The notes under the pieces: model-generated
Told to the model about the DNA's origin: nothing
The model's input: the letters and a program-made list of their open reading frames with translations, nothing else
Databases searched by the model: none
Program-made: the position numbers and the translations under genes
Origin: a virus
Lineage: Duplodnaviria; Caudoviricetes
Direction: 5' to 3' (one strand)
IMG/VR virus record: IMGVR_UViG_2907202186_000003
Span: 1 to 64,000 of that record
Length of the DNA stretch: 64,000 bases
Part shown: one piece after another, positions 9,653 through 20,056 of the stretch
Position numbering within the stretch: the stretch's first letter is position 1
How the letters are laid out: every line of letters starts with the position of its first letter

Positions 9653-12600
9653 TTATCCCTCCCCTGGAAGGTTGATGGTGGGGTCCTCTTGTCTCAACAA
9701 ATCAGCCATCTCAACAATTGCCTGACTAGATAAAATCCGCACGTATGAGTCCCCTTCTTCGTCTTTTAATTCAGGGATTAGGTGGAATACGTCACCGTCT
9801 CGGCCTTCCATAAAAAAGTTTTCGTATCCGAATACGTCAATCCATTTTATTTTATTGCCTTCACGAGTCACTTTGCTTCAGCCTCCTTGATGAGTTCACA
9901 GTGTTCCAAAGCGTATTTACTGTCAGCGTCGCAAATAGCATTCTTACCCTTATAGAGCGTAGGATCGCCTTCCCACCGACCCAATGTAAGGATATCGCCT
10001 ACTTGTGCAGTACCTTCCCATCCGTCTGGTATGTCTTTTATGACTCGGTATTTCATGCTTCAGCCTCCTTATCCATTACTGCTTCAGCCTGCAAGTGCTT
10101 TGCGAATTCATCATCCACCATTATTTTCTTATTGCCTTTGCACACCTCGCATTGAATTTGTTCCGGGCCCCACCAGTCACTTGTAACATACCAACCTTCT
10201 CCGTCGCAGTTGTAGCAATCTATTTCAGTCATTCAGTTGCCTCCTTTGGGTAAAGGGTGGAAAGTACCTGTTGAAAGAATGGTTCTGCATCATCCCGGTA
10301 CATGTCTTCTGAGATATAGCGTTCTATAGCTTCTTTTAGCTTCTGTTCCCGGGACTCTGCCGCCTCAAGCTCAATGTTTCCTTGTCTTGTTGCTTCTCTC
10401 CAATAATCGGCTTGGTCTTTCTCTGCTGCTGCCTTAGCTCTTTCATTGTGCAATTCAAACAACAGATTGCGTCTAGGATTATCCAGTGCCTGTTGTAATT
10501 CGTCTGCCCGTTCTTTCTCTGCTGCGTATTGTTGGAGCCAATATTCAATTACATCTACTACCGGAACTCCTTTAATCGTTTGTTCGTTGATACTTGTCGT
10601 TCTGTTTTTTCTGTATGTCTTTATGATTAACAAATCCGCTTGCCAGTCCCGTTTATCTGACATCTTCTGGGCCCTCCTTGATTAAGAGTTCCAAATCTCT
10701 AACGCATTCCGTTGTCAAATACACATAATTATCAAACTGTACAGTGATTTGTCCATCTGACATAATTTTTCCTGTAGTTGCTGTGCCAAAGCCATGAACA
10801 GGATGTCTTACTCTATCGTCTGGTTTTAAGGTGGGTAAGGGGATGGGATCGGGATCGAACACTCCATATTCCACAGCAGTAGCAACTTTATCGAATGAAT
10901 GCTGCCCTTCACCATAATCCCCCATTTTTTCCTCTGGGTATTCTCTAAATTGTTCCTCAAGCCATGCCAGCAGTTTGTTTTTGCTTATCAGGTCGTTTTG
11001 GTTATTCATGGGTTACCTCCAATAGAGAAGGATTTTCGTATATCGAACCAATTACTTCCACAGCCGTAAGGTTTGATCCGTCTACTCCTTTCCACATGCG
11101 GCACCGATCAAATGGTTTCCAGCAAGCGGCTTCGTTATTGTAGATCACTGTTTTTGTGTGCTCATTGTCGCAATAATGATCTGAGTAACCGCCTTGTATT
11201 TTTACTTTCACGATATCCCCTTCATAGATATCCTTTCCGTTACGGTCTTTGAGGCCGGTGTATTGCATCAAAATCATTTCATCATCCGAGAAACCACGTA
11301 CATACTTACCATCTAACGGACTAAACGCAGCCACCTTGCCATTTGGATCAATAGTGACTTCATAATCCATCTTTTTCTCAAAAATGTCCCACGCTCTAAA
11401 TTTAATTGTTCTCATATCTTGTATCCCTCCTGGTTGACTCAACCTTCCTGATTACAGGTATAACTTCATCGTTTTCGTTTACATATTCGTCTTTATGTTC
11501 GATACACATATGCACGTAATCCTCAAAATTTGTTCCAATAACAAAATCTGCTTCACGATTGCATCCTATATGACAGCATGGGAAGTTTCCTGAATCGCGC
11601 CAACTCATTCTGTATCCCTCCTGATATGGATAGGCTAAGCTTTAATCAATAATCACTTCTGGTCCATCAAGCATCCAGTATTTTGTTGCATGATCGCTGC
11701 TAAAGGCTTTGTCTAAAACGGCTTGTATCCGGTCATAATGCTCTTGCTTCAAGCAGTCATATGCCCTATCATCCCAGTCCTCGTACATTTCCTCGTATTG
11801 GATTTCAATGTATTCCCTCAGCATTTGCTTTGCATCCGGTTTCCAGCGCTGTTCAGAGGCTACATACCACGTATGTTCTACAAGGTCTTCGCCATCTTCA
11901 ATCCTTTGGCGCAGCTCTCCGGGAGATACGGTAAAGTGAGCATCCTCGTAACTGAGTAGGGCATCATTCGGCAATTCAGATAATTTTACTTTGGACATTT
12001 TTATTCGCTCCTTTATAGGACAGAGGCAGGGTTATGCCTCTATCCTGTGTGTTTTGTTCGTAATGTGCATTAGTCTTCTTCATAGTAATAAGGAATTTTG
12101 TTGGGAAGTGGTGATCTGAAAATTACATGCTCTACACTGGAGCAACCCATCTGATCGCAATTATGGCTTTCCTCGTCCGCCGGTATTCCTGTTACGACAA
12201 TTTCCTGGTGAGACATGTACACAGTCGCATCTTCCCGTTCTTCAAACCCTTTTGGAAGGTTCATTTACATCGTCCTTTCAGATTTACTATATTAGGTTTG
12301 CTGCATTACACACTAACTACCTTTCCAGCTTTCTTGTAATTGATAATCTGGACTCTTCATAATGCGCAATCTCGGGTTCGAGTTCCCCTAACATGTCGTG
12401 AGGGTCCTGAGCTTCTACCAAGCTTTTTAGATACTCATACTCCGATTTGCTCAAATAAAGCGCCTTGTAATACGGCTTCTTCATCGCTTTCCCTCCTTCG
12501 CCTTGTGTCTACTGCGTCATTGCCTCTTATCAGGTCTATCAGGTTTACAAGGTCTCCCTTGCTTTTATCTATCAATACTTATCAACTCTCCGTTCGACTG

Positions 12601-12862
12601 GGCAAACCATCTTACATCGAGATACAATACTATCTATTGATGGGTCAGAAATTTGAACTATTTGATCTCCATCCCATACAATATCTCCTGCTCTGAATTC
12701 ATCAATATTTCGGTTCCATTGTCTCCACTTTACTTTTTCTTGCATTATGTGGACTTCACTTTCTGTAGCTAGTTCAAGAATTAGTGCACCGCCTAGACTG
12801 TTGCCAATTGCCTTATACCATTCATTTGTTTGTGGATGTTGCAATAATTGTACTTCCTTCAT
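9653..12862 (-). other. Block of translationally coupled small phage genes with higher GC
   Basis: ORFs 9653-9871, 9868-10056, 10053-10232 (CxxC..CxxC), 10229-10663, 10653-11009, 11002-11442, 11402-11608, 11642-11998, 12070-12264, 12317-12484, 12572-12862; several ATGA/GTGA overlaps. Confidence 0.7.
11002..11442 (-). CDS. YopX family protein
   Basis: IKFRAWD, LMQYTGLKDRNGKDIYEGDIV, EVIGSIYENPSLL. Confidence 0.93.
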   Translation of the reverse strand: MSQPGGIQDMRTIKFRAWDIFEKKMDYEVTIDPNGKVAAFSPLDGKYVRGFSDDEMILMQYTGLKDRNGKDIYEGDIVKVKIQGGYSDHYCDNEHTKTVIYNNEAACWKPFDRCRMWKGVDGSNLTAVEVIGSIYENPSLLEVTHE

Positions 12863-12943
12863 CAGTCATTCTTCTCCTATCTCTCTTATTCTCTATTTTA
12901 CTCTCGTTTTCTAATCCTGTTTTTTGATGAAAGACGGCTTTCA

Positions 12944-13333
12944 TCAACTTGTTAAACCAACGATTCCTTCGATGCTAATATTCCAGCCACAGCGATATAA
13001 TTGATTACTATCTTCTGATTTTTTCGTATTTTCCATAGTTTTATGTATTTGTCCTTCAACTTTATTAACATCGAACGTTCTCAATAGATGGGTCAATGAA
13101 GCATACTCGTGTTTAACAACTCTTCTTTCTCTTAGCGCTTTTTGTAATTCTTTATATTTCTTAAATCCATTAGCAGCATTAAGATTATTGATTTCAATGT
13201 CATGATAAATCTGATTCACCTTAATATCACATTCAGACACCAATTTTTTTAGTTTTTCATGATCCTTTTTTATCTTGTTGATTGTCTCAGATAGAGCTGT
13301 TCCATACTCGATAGCAAGACACATCGTTATCAC
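12944..13333 (-). CDS. hypothetical coiled-coil protein
   Basis: IYHDIE...LQKALRERRVVK; RBS present. Confidence 0.7.
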   Translation of the reverse strand: MITMCLAIEYGTALSETINKIKKDHEKLKKLVSECDIKVNQIYHDIEINNLNAANGFKKYKELQKALRERRVVKHEYASLTHLLRTFDVNKVEGQIHKTMENTKKSEDSNQLYRCGWNISIEGIVGLTS

Positions 13334-13362
13334 CCTTTTAAATTAGTTGTATTTAAAGCCTT

Positions 13363-13650
13363 CTAAACCAATATCTTTCCTTCAAGTCTGTCATAAGTTG
13401 CTTTAACCGATTCACGTACATCTATGTATTTATCCTTGTTTTTGCGCATATGTATCACTTTATTACCTTTGACTACGAAACAGTTATAGTAGTATTGAAT
13501 GTACTTTTCTCCATCAATTGTTGCTGTGCGTGTTCCAAGTTGTACTGCACGTTTGATCTTATATTCAACATCAGTTATTGATTCACACTTAGCGTAACTA
13601 AAAGGACATAGTTCTTTATACTGCTCAATGACTCTTGATTTTACTTTCAT
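13363..13650 (-). CDS. hypothetical protein
   Basis: 95-aa ORF with AAAGGAG RBS. Confidence 0.7.
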   Translation of the reverse strand: MKVKSRVIEQYKELCPFSYAKCESITDVEYKIKRAVQLGTRTATIDGEKYIQYYYNCFVVKGNKVIHMRKNKDKYIDVRESVKATYDRLEGKILV

Positions 13651-14058
13651 TCAATCTCTCCTTTACTATTAGAAAACTCAATATAAAACTGACTATTCAA
13701 TTGCTTTACGCCATCGGATTTTCCGAGGTTATAGCACATCTCTTTATGACCTTCTCTAACTTCTTCAAGCAGCCGACTCCAAAACAACATATGTATTAGA
13801 CTTTTAAACATCTTCATTAGAGCACTCTTTTTCCGGTTACATTTACAATTTTGCTTTTTCCTAACCTCATTACCTTAAATGGTTTGCTTGAATAATCCTG
13901 GTATTTAACGAGTTCATTATAGAAATCTTCATTTAACTCGTACTTCTTACCCTCATATGTATAGGTTTCACCCATAACAAAATTTGTAGCTTTAATTTCT
14001 TCTCCATCACAGCAAATTGAAACAATGTACTTGATTAGATCGTTGACTTTAATATGTA

Positions 14059-14565
14059 TCATCCCTTCACAGATTGAGTTAAAATTATGAAATAATTGAA
14101 TAGAAAATGGCTTAATATCGGAACAAATATACTGTTTGATTTCTTGTAGTAATAGCCCCAAACGATTCCCAAGAACACATATCCAAGAAAGCCAGTAAGG
14201 TCAAAATGCAATACTGAGAAAACTAAAGCGCTTATCGTTATTGATATATTATTATTCGTATGTTTATTTAATTGATTTAGTATTAGCTTCCTACATATCA
14301 ACTCCTCAAATATTGGACTAAACAATACAGCGTAAACTATCATGATTGGTGTTTGTGTTTTATGTACTGATGGTGGATCAAGAAAGTGAGAAGAAATACT
14401 CATTAATACGCTATAGCCCATAAATGAAATACAAAACGAGTAAAATATCATTTCCCATGTAACACGCTGTTTAAGTGCTTTCCACTCATCATTAAATAGT
14501 TTATGCCGAAACTTGATAATAAACATTAAAATCAATGTTGGTACAATGCTAAGGAACATATACAC
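14059..14565 (-). CDS. CPBP (CAAX/Abi) family intramembrane metalloprotease
   Basis: EELICR, FSVLH, SHFLFN motifs; multiple TM helices. Confidence 0.85.
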   Translation of the reverse strand: MYMFLSIVPTLILMFIIKFRHKLFNDEWKALKQRVTWEMIFYSFCISFMGYSVLMSISSHFLDPPSVHKTQTPIMIVYAVLFSPIFEELICRKLILNQLNKHTNNNISITISALVFSVLHFDLTGFLGYVFLGIVWGYYYKKSNSIFVPILSHFLFNYFIILTQSVKG

Positions 14566-14599
14566 TCTTAACGATCACTCTCCTATTCAGTTATCAAAG

Positions 14600-14630
14600 A
14601 AAAAAGTACAGGAATGATTTCCTGTACTTA
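14600..14630 (-). terminator. intrinsic terminator after thyX
   Basis: AAGTACAGGAA-loop-TTCCTGTACTT followed by a U-run on the minus strand. Confidence 0.75.
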
Positions 14631-14661
14631 ATATATCACAAATATTGTGTTATGTCTATAT

Positions 14662-15369
14662 TTATTTTATTAATTCTGAAAGACTGGCTGGGAATTTTTC
14701 TTTGGTTAGTTCGAGTACAGCTTTTGCGTAATCTTGGATTTCCTTCTGAGCGTCGTGTTTTAGGCGCTGAGATAAGAAGTGACATACTCCCTGGAGCGAA
14801 GTAGACCAGTACCATCTTACATACATGCCATAGGCAGGTAGGAATAGACGTGCTTGTTCGGCACAAATTCCATTTTCTAATGCCCATTCATAATCGGCTA
14901 GTTGTTTATCTACTGATTCCATCAAACGTTTAGTTGCTGGATTACCAACATCAAAAGGAACATAATCCCCGCTACCCTGTTTTGAGTTTTCTGGTTTACC
15001 TCTCCATTCATTGAATGCAGGAATATAAAACGTGGGATCTTCGGTAATGTACCGGCGAGATGATTCATTCCAGGCTTCAAGTGCATCGTAACTATCCTGT
15101 TCTTCAAGATGGGTAGAACCGATTCTATATTTATGCCACTGTCTGGCTACCATCAATGGAGCATAAACTTCAAACTGTAGGAATGCGTGTCTGAAGGGGC
15201 TCGAATGGCCTTCTCTTGCAAGGAACTTAAGTAGACGAACATCTTTATCAGTCATTTCAGTTGATTCCTTATCGAACGAAACACGTGCTGCATTAACGGG
15301 AGTCAAGTCTGATCCCATTACATCTACTAGTCTTACGTATCCCTGATCCAAAACGTTGATTTTATTCAT
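14662..15369 (-). CDS. thyX: FAD-dependent thymidylate synthase
   Basis: AARVS, GHSSPFRH, ARQW..R, NESSRRY, EQARLFLP, HDAQKEI. Confidence 0.95.
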   Translation of the reverse strand: MNKINVLDQGYVRLVDVMGSDLTPVNAARVSFDKESTEMTDKDVRLLKFLAREGHSSPFRHAFLQFEVYAPLMVARQWHKYRIGSTHLEEQDSYDALEAWNESSRRYITEDPTFYIPAFNEWRGKPENSKQGSGDYVPFDVGNPATKRLMESVDKQLADYEWALENGICAEQARLFLPAYGMYVRWYWSTSLQGVCHFLSQRLKHDAQKEIQDYAKAVLELTKEKFPASLSELIK

Positions 15370-15439
15370 TTATCTACACGTATCTCCCTTATCTATTTTA
15401 AGATATATTCACTTTTGGAATTGTACTATCATCTTGTTT

Positions 15440-16177
15440 CTATGCTTTACCAGTGCTTCCGATTCCGCCTCTACTTACTGCATCAAGATTTTCAACCGTT
15501 ACAATCTCAACTTCTGGCATAACTTCTTGAATGCGAAATTGACAGATTCGGTCATTCTTTTTGATAACAGTATCTCTCATTGCAAGGGCGGGGAAATGCC
15601 ATTGGTCTTCGTTACCAGAGTATGAGTTATCAATCACTCCAAAGTGATTTGTCTGAATGATACCGAAGTTTTTATATGTGCTGCTTCTTGGAACTGGATT
15701 TGCTTCATAGCCTTCCGGTAACTTCATACCGACTCCCAGAGGAATTAGTGCATACTCTCCCTGCTTTAATTCAATATCTGTAGCTGAGCGAAGGTCAATC
15801 CAGTCACCTTTACTGATTTTTTGAATTGGCTCGATGTCAGCAAAGTATTTCACTTTGATTTGAAGTGGATTCGGTTTTGTATCAACTTGGCTAAAATACG
15901 TACCTAATCTATATCCCGACTCAGAAGTTGTTTCAATGGCTTCATGTAGCTTAGACAGCATTTCATTGAGACTAAGCTTTAAGCCCAAATGTTTCTTTGG
16001 TTGCTTATACTCTTCAAGTTGCGAATTGTCAAACCAGACAGTAATGCGTTGATCATTCTCTCTGCTGAAATATGTAACCTTGGTCTTATTAATACCAATC
16101 TCTTTCACAATGCCCTTCTTGTTAATACCTTTGACAAAGACGGGCTTATTAATTTCTGCATAAAATGGTTGTTTCAT
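15440..16177 (-). CDS. dut: trimeric dUTPase with ~100-aa N-terminal extension
   Basis: [30 protein letters not shown]. Confidence 0.92.
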   Translation of the reverse strand: MKQPFYAEINKPVFVKGINKKGIVKEIGINKTKVTYFSRENDQRITVWFDNSQLEEYKQPKKHLGLKLSLNEMLSKLHEAIETTSESGYRLGTYFSQVDTKPNPLQIKVKYFADIEPIQKISKGDWIDLRSATDIELKQGEYALIPLGVGMKLPEGYEANPVPRSSTYKNFGIIQTNHFGVIDNSYSGNEDQWHFPALAMRDTVIKKNDRICQFRIQEVMPEVEIVTVENLDAVSRGGIGSTGKA

Positions 16178-16198
16178 ATGTATCTTCTAACTCCCTTA

Positions 16199-16606
16199 TT
16201 AATCTAGTTTTAACATCTCATAGAACTTATTTTTCACTTTATCTGTCGGGTATCCCTCGAATTTATACTTAAAAATGATCTCGTTATTTTGCTTCAGTAA
16301 TTCCTCAAGTGTGTCTATCGCACCACAAAAGTCTTCTCCATAAATAGTATTTCCGCTGCCAAAGAGACCAATCTTTCTTCCGGTGAGACTCCTGAGTTCA
16401 TTAATTATTTGCTTGAAATACATCGGTGGAACTCCTCTACCATAAGTAGGAGAACCAATGACAATAACTTCTTCGTTCCCAAATTCAAATTGCTTAGGAT
16501 CTTTATTATTTAGTCTAATGACCGGGAAATCTTGTTGATTTATGTCTTCTACCAATGCTGCCGTCTTTCCGGTCAACGAAAAATAGTATATAGCTTTAGT
16601 AATCAT
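16199..16606 (-). CDS. nrdI: NrdI-like flavodoxin
   Basis: YFSLTGKT, SPTYGRG, GSGNTIYG..FCGA; follows the RNR beta gene; ATG at 16606 has an RBS. Confidence 0.8.
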   Translation of the reverse strand: MITKAIYYFSLTGKTAALVEDINQQDFPVIRLNNKDPKQFEFGNEEVIVIGSPTYGRGVPPMYFKQIINELRSLTGRKIGLFGSGNTIYGEDFCGAIDTLEELLKQNNEIIFKYKFEGYPTDKVKNKFYEMLKLD

Positions 16607-17693
16607 AATCCTCACCAGATGAGTGCTCATAATTGATTGCATCTGTTTGAAGGAAATCTGTTCTTGTTACGATTTGTTTGCTGTCGTTTTTGTCACGTTT
16701 TTTGCTGCCATAAGTAACAATCCATCTCGATTTAATTTCTTGGTTCTCTGGATATGGTTCCTGAATACCTGCATTACGAGCAATCAAATTAGCTAAATAT
16801 TCAATGTAATTCATGTATTCTTTCATACTTAGTGTTTCGATGTCTTTGAAAATGTACTTAGCCCAAGCCTTTTCTTTTTCCACGCAATCCTTAATAAAGT
16901 AAACAGCATATTGTTGGTTTTCAGTTGTGTTTAGTTGAGGATTTTCACCCATAATTGAACGAATGAGAGTGCCGTAGAACTCTGAGTGTTGTACTTCATC
17001 AGTTTTAATCATACAAATGAGGTTATTGGAGCCCATCATTTTTTGATCTCTTGCGAGAGAGTGAAAATAAACAAATCCACCAGTAAAGAAGAGACCTTCA
17101 AGATTCTGATAAGCAAGGAGCCCCTCAAAAGACGCTTGCAGGAAGTTATTATCAATCTGCTTTTTGTTTACTACATAATCAACCACAGTATCGAGGAAGG
17201 TTTGAATTTTATCCAGAACTAGTTTATTGCGTTCCAGTAAGACCGGGATTCGTTTTACTTCTTCGAATGCCTCCCTCTTTTGTTGATCATTAAGCATAGT
17301 AGACGTCAGATACTGATATGAGCGATTATGAAGATTTTCAAAATAATTAATTAGTGCGATATTAGAGCGAATGCTTGGATCAGTAACCATATAAGACAAA
17401 AACATATTAAAATCGGTAGCATGTGAATCAAGTTGATTCAACATTCCCGTGATTGTATTAAATACATATTTCTCAGCTTCAGTTAGCTTAGAATTGTACT
17501 GTTCAATATCTTTACCAAGTTTAACTTCATCTTCATTCCAGAACTCTGCTGACAAATTTTTATTAATGTCCAACATTGTTGGATACTTAAGGTTATCCCA
17601 GTCTCTAATCCCACTTGATCCCCCACCAAAAATGCTAGTGGGGAGATTGCTATTTTCTGCCTCAAAAATCTTAAATGGTAGTATGGTATTCAT
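16596..17693 (-). CDS. nrdF: Ribonucleotide reductase beta subunit
   Basis: Metal ligands LDS, ENLHNRSY (radical Tyr), LEG..F..GF, DEVQH. Confidence 0.92.
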   Translation of the reverse strand: MNTILPFKIFEAENSNLPTSIFGGGSSGIRDWDNLKYPTMLDINKNLSAEFWNEDEVKLGKDIEQYNSKLTEAEKYVFNTITGMLNQLDSHATDFNMFLSYMVTDPSIRSNIALINYFENLHNRSYQYLTSTMLNDQQKREAFEEVKRIPVLLERNKLVLDKIQTFLDTVVDYVVNKKQIDNNFLQASFEGLLAYQNLEGLFFTGGFVYFHSLARDQKMMGSNNLICMIKTDEVQHSEFYGTLIRSIMGENPQLNTTENQQYAVYFIKDCVEKEKAWAKYIFKDIETLSMKEYMNYIEYLANLIARNAGIQEPYPENQEIKSRWIVTYGSKKRDKNDSKQIVTRTDFLQTDAINYEHSSGEDYDY

Positions 17694-17715
17694 TTATTCT
17701 TTCCTCTCTCTTTTT

Positions 17716-20031
17716 CTAGGCTTCGCACATTGTGCAGTTGTCTGTTCGTTCATATTCTTCGGTATATGTATAATAAATTGTCTTCAATCCCTTATTCCAA
17801 GCGCCCAAATCAAGTCTCACCGTCTCTGACCCATTGATCGATTTAAGTACGTGCATGTTGTGCGACACTGCTTGGTCAATGTGCTTCATCGCTGCAGCCA
17901 CAACATTGATCGACCACATTTCATCCATCTCAAAACCTGATTTGTAATATTCCTTCGTTTTATCGTTGTAGTTTGATGGCGTAATAATCATGTTTAGTCC
18001 AGATTTAACTTCACGATAAATTACCTCATACAATGGATCTGTACTCGGAGAACCGTTCATAATGATACTATTACTTGATGTAGGAGCAATAGCCATCAGA
18101 TAACCGTTTCTCATTGCTTTCTTAGACATTTCCTTAATCTCTAGCCATTCATCTGAATTATAGTTCCGTTTTTCAAAGTACTCTCCTGTGCTCCATTCAG
18201 AGCCTTCGAATACTTTGTATGAACCCTTTTCAAGACCAAGTTTATGGGACGCAATAATTGTTGCTTTAGCGATTTGTTCAAATAGTTTATCTACATAACC
18301 ATAAGCTTGAAAAGAATCCCATTTAACTTGTTTTTCGGCAAGCAGTGTTGCAAGCCCAAGAGATCCTAGGCCAATGGCACGATACTTATGATTTGTAAAT
18401 GTGGCTTGTGGTACTACTGTACGATTCAGACTGATTACGTTATCCAGTAGGCGCACTTGAATATCAATTACTCGTTGTAGCTCGACATCTTGAGTGAATA
18501 CATTATGCAGCACCAAAGAAGACAAATTGCATGTTACCAGATCTCCACTTTTGATTCTTGTGGTAATAAGCCCTGTTTCGTGGTCAATTTCCTCAGTGAT
18601 TAACTCATCATAAGATTGGTTCATGATAATTTCAGAACATAAATTTGATCCAAGTGGCATTCCAATATGACTATTTGGATTCATCCGAGCTGCTGTATCA
18701 CTAAAATACATGTACGGAGTGCCGCCTGTTTTGCGAGACATGAACATTGCTTTGTGAATTTCAGAAGCATTAACAGTTCGTTTCAGTTCAAGATCTGCTT
18801 TCTCGATAATTCGGTAGTAATAAGTAAAAGCATGATCGTCTTCATTTGGCTCTTCATTTTCTTGAAGTTTCCTTCTGTCATAAAGTCTATTTATATCAAT
18901 ACCGAGTTTCTTTTTGACTTCATATGGATCTACAATGGTCCAGGTTTGTTTGTTTTGAAGCCGTCTCATAAACTCATCTGGTAGGCAAACTGCTGTCTTA
19001 ATTGAATGTGCACGTTTTTCTTGTGAGCCTGTCTTGAGACGTAATTCTAGGAAGTCAAAGATGTCTAGATGATACACAGGCAAGTAAATAGCAATACCAG
19101 CAACCCTCGTACCTAATTGATTCACGTACTCAGCAAGTACACTCATTGAACGTGAAGGGTGAGTGATGCCTGTTGCTCGATTTTTAATGCCTCTAATCCA
19201 ACTTCCTCGCGCTCTAAGGTAATGAGCTGCAATCCCAATCCCGGCTCCATTCTGACTAAAACGTGCGGTTTGTTGTTGTACGTCATAAATATTATATAAA
19301 TCATCATTCCAGGTAATCTCGTGACAAGATGAAAGGGAACCATGCGGCAACCCTGATGATTTGAGTGTTGGAGTTGCAAGCCCGATATAATGATTGCTTA
19401 CTGCCCAATACGCTTCTTTAATCAGCCCCATACGATGTGATTTTTTCTCGTCTTTCAAGAGATAAATAACCGCTGTAAGGAAACGTTCTTGTGGAAGTTC
19501 TAGCACTTCGCCATCATAACCTTTAACAAGGTAGATACTATTTAACAGAAAGAGTCCCGCATAACTAAAAAGCTTATCTTTGTTAACATCAATCATTTTG
19601 CCGATTTGCTGCAATTCATTCTCACTGTACTGTTCAATAAGGTCGGTAGAATATAGCCCTTTCTCGACCATCATTCTGACAAAGGTTGGATAGTCACCAT
19701 AACCTGATTTGTAATTAAATCCACGCTCTTTTGAAGCTTGCTTATAAAGCTTTCTCCGTAATGTCGATGCTGATAAATATGTATATTGTGGTGAATCTGC
19801 ACTAATCAATTCGTTTGCTTCACGAATAATTAGATCAAATAATCTGTCTGCATAAATCTCATCCCGACATGTAGCTTCATCAACTACTTTGACTTTAATT
19901 GTTTTTAGTTCATCCGCTGGATACTTTTTCCCACTATCTTGAACAATCTCATTAAAGAAACGATCAAATCTTTCCAAGTTAAATTCAGTCTTCTGAATGT
20001 ATGACTTTCTGTCTTTTAGTACAAGTGTCAA
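17716..20031 (-). CDS. nrdE: Ribonucleotide reductase alpha subunit
   Basis: ATPTL, LSSC, SNLCSEI, TCNLSS, AIAPTSS, KTIYY, C-terminal CTMC; uninterrupted. Confidence 0.93.
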   Translation of the reverse strand: MTLVLKDRKSYIQKTEFNLERFDRFFNEIVQDSGKKYPADELKTIKVKVVDEATCRDEIYADRLFDLIIREANELISADSPQYTYLSASTLRRKLYKQASKERGFNYKSGYGDYPTFVRMMVEKGLYSTDLIEQYSENELQQIGKMIDVNKDKLFSYAGLFLLNSIYLVKGYDGEVLELPQERFLTAVIYLLKDEKKSHRMGLIKEAYWAVSNHYIGLATPTLKSSGLPHGSLSSCHEITWNDDLYNIYDVQQQTARFSQNGAGIGIAAHYLRARGSWIRGIKNRATGITHPSRSMSVLAEYVNQLGTRVAGIAIYLPVYHLDIFDFLELRLKTGSQEKRAHSIKTAVCLPDEFMRRLQNKQTWTIVDPYEVKKKLGIDINRLYDRRKLQENEEPNEDDHAFTYYYRIIEKADLELKRTVNASEIHKAMFMSRKTGGTPYMYFSDTAARMNPNSHIGMPLGSNLCSEIIMNQSYDELITEEIDHETGLITTRIKSGDLVTCNLSSLVLHNVFTQDVELQRVIDIQVRLLDNVISLNRTVVPQATFTNHKYRAIGLGSLGLATLLAEKQVKWDSFQAYGYVDKLFEQIAKATIIASHKLGLEKGSYKVFEGSEWSTGEYFEKRNYNSDEWLEIKEMSKKAMRNGYLMAIAPTSSNSIIMNGSPSTDPLYEVIYREVKSGLNMIITPSNYNDKTKEYYKSGFEMDEMWSINVVAAAMKHIDQAVSHNMHVLKSINGSETVRLDLGAWNKGLKTIYYTYTEEYERTDNCTMCEA

Positions 20032-20056
20032 TCTATCAACAACCTTTTCACGTATT

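Noticed and set aside
12340-12400. GGGTTCGAGTTCCC resembling a tRNA T-arm
   Set aside because: No acceptor, D or anticodon stems; lies inside an RBS-led 55-aa minus-strand ORF (12317-12484).
16596-17693. Metal-free class Ie RNR beta subunit
   Set aside because: All canonical carboxylate/His ligands and the radical Tyr are present.
914-20031. Introns/inteins in dnaE, nrdE, nrdF (as in SPbeta nrdEF)
   Set aside because: ORFs are continuous, of ordinary length, with no splicing or homing motifs seen.
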